The notes beneath the pieces were generated by a model. It ran no database searches. It was not told where the DNA came from and saw only the letters and a list, made by a program, of their open reading frames with translations. A stretch of 64,000 nucleotides of DNA, from the IMG/VR virus record IMGVR_UViG_3300024999_000040, positions 1 through 64,000 of that record, one strand, 5' to 3'. The translations under genes and the position numbers were made by a program. This document shows positions 21,429 through 28,434 of this stretch, one piece after another. The first letter of the stretch is position 1, and each line of letters starts with the position of its first letter. This DNA comes from a virus.

Positions 21429-22076
21429 GTGGTTCTTATTAGTGTTTTAGTTGCAATTGCAGTAAAACCAAAAGATGGGTTAAAACCATACTTATTAATG
21501 GGTTCAGACTCTAAAGAAGTTTTAATCGAAGCAGTACCATTGGTAAGCGGAGAATTAGATTTTAAAATTTCTACAAATGAGAATAAAGAAAAAATTTTCA
21601 GGGTTAATGATATACTTGTTGGTATGACAGGTAAGCATGATGATACATTAATGGTATCTTTTATAGAACATCTGCGAGAAAATGACATGGAATTTGAAAA
21701 ATTATCTTATTTGAGTTTTGATTACATTAAAAAATATGTAGAAAATGAAAATCGATATGATGCATTATGTGCTGTAACAATGGGTTGCTGCAAAAATTCA
21801 AAACCGATTTTAACCCGATTCACAGTAGATAAAACAAAATTAACTGATGCTAATATCAGGATTATAGAACCTCCGGATAACAATTGTATACCTTCTTATT
21901 CTGGCAAGTCAGTTGGTTTGGATGATTTACGAGAAAAGTTCGAGAAAGGTGTAAGAGACAGTATTAACATAAATCTGGTGGCTGTTAAGAAAACCGCAAC
22001 GGAATATTTGAAGGCAGCCGCTGCACGCTATCCAGAAACATGTAACCAAAACATTCGTATCATGTATTTGAAGTAG
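21429..22076 (+). CDS. Ntn-hydrolase/proteasome-subunit-like protein
   Basis: SVLVAIA...LMGSDSK...KIFRVN.ILVGMTG resembles the N-terminal motif of proteasome beta/HslV-like proteins. Confidence 0.5.
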   Translation: MVLISVLVAIAVKPKDGLKPYLLMGSDSKEVLIEAVPLVSGELDFKISTNENKEKIFRVNDILVGMTGKHDDTLMVSFIEHLRENDMEFEKLSYLSFDYIKKYVENENRYDALCAVTMGCCKNSKPILTRFTVDKTKLTDANIRIIEPPDNNCIPSYSGKSVGLDDLREKFEKGVRDSININLVAVKKTATEYLKAAAARYPETCNQNIRIMYLK

Positions 22077-22274
22077 TAACTACCACGCAATAGGTAATAA
22101 GGTTACGGTAAAGAGACTTAAAATATAGTCTCTTTCCTTCTCTATTTCATTTAACACTATAAAATTTAGGTTTTATTTGGTATGCTATATGTAGTGGTAT
22201 AAAGTTCAGTTTATATACTATATCTTGTATATGGAATTCATTAATATTTTAACTAAATAAATATAATATTTCTA

Positions 22275-22303
22275 TTGACAAGACTTTTCTATGGTAGTAT
22301 AAT
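22275..22303 (+). promoter_or_regulatory. Consensus sigma-A promoter upstream of tRNA-Met
   Basis: TTGACA-17 bp-TATAAT. Confidence 0.75.
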
Positions 22304-22411
22304 GTAATAGTACAAACAAAATAGCTTATCTTCCATGTGAAGAAAAAAGTAACGTATTCCTTTTGGGAATATAGATAATAACGTTTTTCGGTATCGTATA
22401 ACCGAATATAT

Positions 22412-22486
22412 CGCGGATTGGAGCAGTGGTAGCTTGTGAGAGTCATAATCTCAAGGTCAGTAGTTCGAATCTACTATCCGCAACCA
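22412..22486 (+). tRNA. tRNA-Met(CAT), initiator-like acceptor stem
   Basis: Cloverleaf CGCGGAT...ATCCGCA-ACCA; anticodon arm TGAGA-GTCATAA-TCTCA; T-loop TTCGAAT. Confidence 0.9.
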
Positions 22487-22707
22487 TGCCCGGTAGGGTA
22501 TTGCTATAGCAAAGATTTGTCAATTGTGGAGTAACTTTGGTCAGTTTCCATAATTGACACATATGCTGTAAGTATGGAACAATGGTAATCCCATCTAAGA
22601 ATGGTTAGTCCGTTTCATATTTAGACCAACAGTGTATGTGGTTTCATTAGTGTAAATATTAGTGAAATGACATATGCTGTTGAAACAAAATTAATTACAC
22701 AAAAAAC

Positions 22708-22736
22708 TTGACACAATTTAACTAAGGTGATATAAT
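22708..22736 (+). promoter_or_regulatory. Consensus sigma-A promoter with extended -10
   Basis: TTGACA-17 bp-TATAAT with TG upstream of the -10 box. Confidence 0.8.
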
Positions 22737-22786
22737 AATAGTGTAATCAAAAACAAAAATAATTGAAATTAAAGGAGATAAAAAGT

Positions 22787-23449
22787 ATGCTATCATTAAA
22801 GGAAAGTTTCAGAATCATGAATAATCTAGATTCAACTATCAATTCTCTATCCTATTATATAAAGGATACAAATAACGCAGTAAAAGTAGTTGAGAAACAT
22901 TATAAGTCAAAATCTAACTCTGATACAACAGATGAGGAAATAGATATGACAGTCGTTCGTACATATCCAAATGCTACAATTGTTGATATTGTGTATTTGG
23001 TTAAACAGTTAGTTGAAGAAAAGACAAAGTTATCACTTGCAATTGAGGATGCTAAAAAATATAGTATCGCACTTGATTACAAGGAGAATGATGAAAGACT
23101 TACTCTTGACTCTGCTGTTGAAACTGCAAAGAAAAGTAGAGATTTAGCAAATACACTAAAGAATCTTGTTGATTTAAAAGCTTCAGAAACTAAGAAAATT
23201 GGGAACTCTTATAAGTTCAACATCAACGGTGATCAAACTGTATACAAGTATGATATAGAAGTAGTAAAGACAATAGATTTTGATAGAACTGTTGTCAATG
23301 ACAACTATAAGAGATTGCTTGATAAGGCTGACACTTTATCTACACAGATTGAATCAGTCATGTTGAAAGATGTAGTAAATTATACACCCAAGTATAGTAT
23401 ACATGACTCTTTGACAGACATAGTTGATAAGTACATAGCTAGTAAGTAG
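22787..23449 (+). CDS. Helical/coiled-coil hypothetical protein associated with a downstream structured RNA
   Basis: ATG after AAGGAG RBS; motifs LSLKESFR, EKTKLSLAI, YKFNINGDQTVYKYD, TIDFDR. Confidence 0.75.
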   Translation: MLSLKESFRIMNNLDSTINSLSYYIKDTNNAVKVVEKHYKSKSNSDTTDEEIDMTVVRTYPNATIVDIVYLVKQLVEEKTKLSLAIEDAKKYSIALDYKENDERLTLDSAVETAKKSRDLANTLKNLVDLKASETKKIGNSYKFNINGDQTVYKYDIEVVKTIDFDRTVVNDNYKRLLDKADTLSTQIESVMLKDVVNYTPKYSIHDSLTDIVDKYIASK

Positions 23450-23489
23450 GGTTTAAGAGGTAGTAATACCTCTCCTCTATTTCTATAAA

Positions 23490-23892
23490 ATCCAAAAACA
23501 AGAATTGTGAATCGGTTCTGTTCATCGTTGGAACTATGCTAATGATGAGGTAGTCAATGCCTTAAATTGTCTAGTCATTTATTGATTAGTGAATACTAAA
23601 CTTTATAATAATAGTTATCTAACTGGTAATTTACTTTATAAATAAAAGTAATGCAAATTACATACAACAAGTATGTTTAAGAGGTTCGATAATCGTTTCA
23701 AGAAGCGTAAATTCATTAATTCGATAGGTCATTAGTTCGATAAACCGATAAATCAATAGTACAAGAAGCGATTCGTTAAGCGTATTAAATATTAAAGAAC
23801 AAAAACTTCTTTAAATTAGAAGAATTAAAAATTTCTGATTTTAATATAAATCAAATTGGTGCTTAAAATGATTCCTTTCTTGTTTTTTGGAT
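23490..23892 (+). ncRNA. Candidate ~400-nt structured RNA with internal 8-nt tandem array
   Basis: No ORF of 60 aa or more; ends ATCCAAAAACAAGAA and TTCTTGTTTTTTGGAT are complementary; six consecutive 8-mers at 23710-23757. Confidence 0.6.
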
Positions 23893-23919
23893 AAAATAAA
23901 TAGTTAAGAAAATTTATAT

Positions 23920-23996
23920 AGGGAATTATATCAGCTGGTTAGATAGTTCGTCTGATACGCGAAAAGTCATTGGTTCGAATCCAATATTCCCTACCA
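23920..23996 (+). tRNA. tRNA-Ile(GAT)
   Basis: AGGGAAT...ATTCCCT-ACCA; anticodon arm TTCGT-CTGATAC-GCGAA; T-loop TTCGAAT. Confidence 0.9.
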
Positions 23997-24319
23997 AATA
24001 GTATCCCTACAGCCTCTTATCGTAAGATAATGCACAACGGTAGCATATTAGTTACCAATATCATATAATATTGGTAACATCCTGTGGACTAGTGGTTTCC
24101 ACAATGGCAGGATAAGAAATTAATGTGGGAATAGTACTTGCAAAAATTATAGTCTCGTACTATTCCTATGTTAATTAAATTTGTTAAAGGATGTGATTGT
24201 AATAATCAAAATAGATAAAACAAATACAACAGGATTAACAAAAGAAAAGAAAGAAATATTAAAAAATGCAATGGGTTCTTGTAATTGTAAGATTTGTTTA
24301 ACAGATGTTTTGCAGGAAT

Positions 24320-26008
24320 GTCAACTAACCCCCACTTAAAATGCGAAAGCATTTTTGAAGTGGAGGCTTGGAGTAGAAATACTCTGTAGCAGTTGATTAG
24401 CCTCAGTAGTGAAAACTACTACGTTATGGGAAAATATATAGGTACTTCAGGATACTCCACAAGTCCTGAACTCTACGGTCTAAGACTAAACATCTCTGAG
24501 GGTAAGGAGAAGTGTTTTGGACATTAAACTTCCTAATAACATTGGCGATGTGGCTCGACCTTTATCTTTATGCTAAAGGCATTATTTATTAAGTTAAATA
24601 AAGGAGGTATTAAAGGAAACATGGTCTATATTTTAAATTTAAAAGGAGAACCTTTGATGCCTTCAACTAGGCACGGAAAAGTTAAACATCTTCTTAAAGA
24701 AGGTAAGGCAAAAGTAATAAAGAAAAACCCTTTTACTATTCAACTTTTGTATGATACTACAAATTACACTCAATTTATTACACTGGGTATTGATTCAGGA
24801 TACAGTAATATTGGGTTCTCTGCTATATCAGAGACAAAAGAACTTATATCAGGGGAAGTAAAACTCATTAGTAACCAACCTGAACGTACCAGGGACAGAC
24901 AACAATACAGGAGACAAAGACGAAATAAACTTCGTCACAGGAAGCCTCGTTTTGATAATAGGCGAAGAACCAAAGGTTGGTTAGCCCCTACTATACAAAA
25001 CAAACTAGATCAACATATTAAATTGGTTGAAAGAGTTAAATCTTTAATCCCAGTTAATAAAACAATTATTGAAGTAGCAAACTTTGATATACAAGCAATA
25101 AAAGATATTGATATTCAAGGTATAGGATATCAACAAGGTGTACAATATGGATTTTGGAACTTGCGTGAGTATATTTTACATCGTGACAGTCATATTTGTC
25201 AGAATCCTAATTGTAAGCACAAAAAAAATGCACCTAAGTTTGATTATATAAAAAGCAATATACCGTTACAGGTACATCATATTGGTTATTGGCACAATGA
25301 CCGAACAGATAGACCAGAGAATCTAATAACACTTTGTATTCACTGTCATACCTCTGCTAATCACAAGAAAGGTAAATTTCTTTATGAATGGCAGCCGAAA
25401 CTAAAATGCTTTAAATCAGAAACCTTTATGTCAATTATACGGTGGAGATTAGTAAACCTAATTCAAAATGAACACACTTATGGTTTTCTGACCAAAAGCA
25501 AAAGAATTACACTTAATTTAGAGAAAACACATTACAATGATGCTTTTTGTATTGCTGGTGGTTCAACTCAAAAGAGAGTAACCCCCTTAATGATAACCAA
25601 AAAACGCAGAAATAACCGAATACTACAAAAGTTTTATGATGCTAAGTATGTAGACCAACGAACAGGTGAGAAAGTATCTGCTTCAGATTTGCATTGTGGC
25701 AGAAGAAAACGGAATAAAAATTTAAATGACGAGAACCTAAAAAAGTATCGTGGTAAAAAAATAAGTAAAGGCAGAATAACTATAAGAACAAAACGTTATA
25801 AATTACAACCTAATGCAGAAGTAAATTATCAAGGTAAGAAATATCTTGTAACAGGTGTTGTGAATTACGGTAACTATGTAAGGTTAAAAGGATTAAAGAA
25901 GGATATTAAATCAAAAGAGGTACAATTACTTTATCTTAATACAGGGGCTTTAATCTGTTAATGTCATTCACTCCCCACTTGAAGAAGTGGGGCTACTCTG
26001 ACACAAAA
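24320..26008 (+). mobile_element. IS200/IS605-superfamily IscB element 1 (omega/HEARO RNA plus iscB, no tnpA)
   Basis: Left end GTCAACTAACCCCCACTT...GAAGTGGAGGC; right-end hairpin CCCCACTTGAAGAAGTGGGG; omega-RNA motifs CTACGTT and AACATTGGCGA. Confidence 0.85.
24570..25961 (+). CDS. iscB: RNA-guided endonuclease IscB (likely start ATG 24621)
   Basis: PLMP domain, RuvC-I LGIDSG, RRxRR bridge helix, HNH (HHI...NLITLCxxCH), RuvC-III HYNDA. Confidence 0.9.
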   Translation: MLKALFIKLNKGGIKGNMVYILNLKGEPLMPSTRHGKVKHLLKEGKAKVIKKNPFTIQLLYDTTNYTQFITLGIDSGYSNIGFSAISETKELISGEVKLISNQPERTRDRQQYRRQRRNKLRHRKPRFDNRRRTKGWLAPTIQNKLDQHIKLVERVKSLIPVNKTIIEVANFDIQAIKDIDIQGIGYQQGVQYGFWNLREYILHRDSHICQNPNCKHKKNAPKFDYIKSNIPLQVHHIGYWHNDRTDRPENLITLCIHCHTSANHKKGKFLYEWQPKLKCFKSETFMSIIRWRLVNLIQNEHTYGFLTKSKRITLNLEKTHYNDAFCIAGGSTQKRVTPLMITKKRRNNRILQKFYDAKYVDQRTGEKVSASDLHCGRRKRNKNLNDENLKKYRGKKISKGRITIRTKRYKLQPNAEVNYQGKKYLVTGVVNYGNYVRLKGLKKDIKSKEVQLLYLNTGALIC

Positions 26009-26035
26009 CTGATAGAGATAGTTTTATAAGCCAAT

Positions 26036-26500
26036 GAATTCGGTCTTTTAACGTGTTTTACTTGATGGCGGGTATGCCAACCGAAATTATCCATTAAAAC
26101 CACAACGACAACATCATAGCACCCCAAAATAAGCTTGGTTGTACGACAGTGGGAGGATAAAACACACAAATAGTTTGTTGATGTCAAATTTGTGTGAAGA
26201 GAAATCAACCATGATACACGTATAGTTGCCTGTCGTATGTGTAAAGTGAATCCTGCTTGGAATAAGCAACAGGAGAAAATCTAAACATCTATAAGGTCGG
26301 AAATGGTTCCCGACACACTTTTGTAATCGAATTCAAAATAATGGAGTGGCTTCGTTCGTTTTGAGTTTGTGAGAAAGTATCTGAGATGCAGGATATGCCG
26401 CCCTGCTGTAGATGTTTGGAAATCTATATAGAGCTTTAGGCTCAATCTTATTTTTATTGTAGAAGGAAACATCCGCATGTCTATACGATTTGCGGATATT
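26036..26500 (+). ncRNA. Candidate large, highly structured ncRNA (strand inferred)
   Basis: GC-elevated stretch without a credible gene and with many long-range complementary segments. Confidence 0.5.
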
Positions 26501-26537
26501 TTCGTGTGTAATAAAATAAAAAAATAAAACAACGGAG

Positions 26538-27608
26538 GTGGAACGAATGGCAAAAGTAGTAAAAATAAAATATTTTACAGATGAAAAGAAAGCATTAATA
26601 AATCCAGATAATAAGATTCTTTATGGTAAATATTTAAAATCAAATATTCTTAAAAATAAAGAGGTTAAGGATACAACCTATGCTATATATGAAAATTATG
26701 TAACTCAATTCTTAGTTTATTTAGCTGAAGAATGGGATAATGTTAATTTATATCATGAAGATTTTTTTGAAAATGCCATAGAAATTATAGAAGGATTTAT
26801 GTCGTTTTGTCAGGACACTTTGCAAAATAATAAAAAGGTAATTAATACTAAAGTATCAGCAGTATCTTCTTTTTATAATTGGAGTGTTAAAAGAAAAGAG
26901 ATTACATATCATCCTTTTGATGGTAAAATCGAAAGAATGAAAGGTGCTGGAGATGAAAGAATAACTAAAGATTATTTTCTTACTGAAGAACAAATTTTGA
27001 CAGTTGCTAAAGAATTAATTACAAATCCAAAATTTGATATTCAAGATAGGATATTATTTCATTTAGCAATAGATTCAGCTAATCGTATTGGAGCAATTTC
27101 AAAACTTACTTTATCAGCATTGGATATAGATAATATGCTATTCGAAAATATACGTGAAAAACGGGGGAATCGTGTAGAAGTTGTCTTTGAGGAGTTATGT
27201 AAATCCTACATTGAAGAATGGCTTATTATGAGAAAAGATATGGATAATCTTACGATTGATTCTTTATTTATGACTAGATATCATAATGAATATAGGATTA
27301 TGACAAGGAGTACTATATCTGACAGAGCTAGAAAAATAGGTACTTTATTAGGAATTGAAGATTTCCATATGCATTGTTTTCGTAAGACTTCTATAAATAA
27401 TGTAATGCTTTTAAGTGGTGATATTGAAATGGCAAAAGAACACGCTGGGCATAAATCGACTGACACAACTTTGATCTATATCAAAAAGAAATCGAAAACG
27501 GAGATCAGAGAAAAATTAAAAGAATTAAAAGAAAAGAAAAAGGCTGAAGCAGATAAAGTTAAACAACCAGAATTAATAACTCCAATAATTAATGAAGAGC
27601 AGGAATAG
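26538..27608 (+). CDS. Tyrosine recombinase (XerC/D-like)
   Basis: Catalytic set intact: SANRIG (R), EKRG (K), HCFR (HxxR), AGH...TTLIY (H, Y). Confidence 0.85.
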   Translation: MERMAKVVKIKYFTDEKKALINPDNKILYGKYLKSNILKNKEVKDTTYAIYENYVTQFLVYLAEEWDNVNLYHEDFFENAIEIIEGFMSFCQDTLQNNKKVINTKVSAVSSFYNWSVKRKEITYHPFDGKIERMKGAGDERITKDYFLTEEQILTVAKELITNPKFDIQDRILFHLAIDSANRIGAISKLTLSALDIDNMLFENIREKRGNRVEVVFEELCKSYIEEWLIMRKDMDNLTIDSLFMTRYHNEYRIMTRSTISDRARKIGTLLGIEDFHMHCFRKTSINNVMLLSGDIEMAKEHAGHKSTDTTLIYIKKKSKTEIREKLKELKEKKKAEADKVKQPELITPIINEEQE

Positions 27609-27787
27609 AGAACAAAATCACATTCCCCTTAAAGAAAAATAACTAAGTCCTCTACCCTAACTCCTACATATTAAATTATACCCAAAGAGATTGCTAATGT
27701 CAAATGCAATCAAATTCGATTGCAATAAGTTCAAATAGTAAATAGATATATGATATTTAAAAGAGAGGTAATAAATGGTGAAATAAT

Positions 27788-28225
27788 ATGGTTGAATTAC
27801 AATTTACTGAGGAACATATAGAACGAATTGTAACGCTTGAAACAAAAGTTGATAATATAGAGGACAAGATTGGCTCATTAAATAAAATAGAAAATGCTAT
27901 AACAAAAATATCTACACTTATGGAAATTCAAGCAAAAGATGAAGATAAGAAAGAAAAAAATTTAATGAAACAATCTGAAATGTTATCAGGATTAAGTAAA
28001 ACTCTTACGAAAGTAAATGACAATCTTGATTCTTTAAATACAGAAATTAAGGAAACGAATATAAGGATTGATAAATTGGAGAATAAGTTTAGTATTGAAA
28101 CTGAAAAAAGTAAAATAGATATACGAGACTGGTTAAAGACTGTAATCTTGAAGTTTTTGTTGCCCACAAGTGCTATTGGTTTTATTGTCTATGAAGCTGG
28201 AAAAGTTTTAAAGATAATTAAATAA
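27788..28225 (+). CDS. Coiled-coil protein with C-terminal TM (XhlA/holin-accessory-like)
   Basis: ERIVTLE start, heptad repeats, hydrophobic C-terminus. Confidence 0.5.
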   Translation: MVELQFTEEHIERIVTLETKVDNIEDKIGSLNKIENAITKISTLMEIQAKDEDKKEKNLMKQSEMLSGLSKTLTKVNDNLDSLNTEIKETNIRIDKLENKFSIETEKSKIDIRDWLKTVILKFLLPTSAIGFIVYEAGKVLKIIK

Positions 28226-28434
28226 GTATAATAATTAAAAACAAGAACAATAAGGCAATAAAAACATTGATTCATTGGGTTAATTTTTAGAGAGTCATTA
28301 ATTGGCTCTCTTTTTAGTTTAGGAAATTACTTAAAAAGTTTATATAGAAAAGAAATCACAAGAGAGTATTGGATATTATCCTATCTCTTTTTTTATTGTT
28401 TAAAAATAAATTATGAAAGGATGATGATATAACG

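Noticed and set aside
23699-23770. Mini-CRISPR or TIGR array
   Set aside because: The period is 8 nt with no repeat-spacer alternation, and no Cas- or Nop-domain motif is recognisable in the adjacent protein.
24013-24030. SAM-I riboswitch start (CTCTTATC)
   Set aside because: The remaining core (GAGGGA, GCAACC, GTGC) is absent.
26036-26500. tmRNA or RNase P RNA
   Set aside because: No tRNA-like ends or tag reading frame, and no GAGGAAAGUCC signature.
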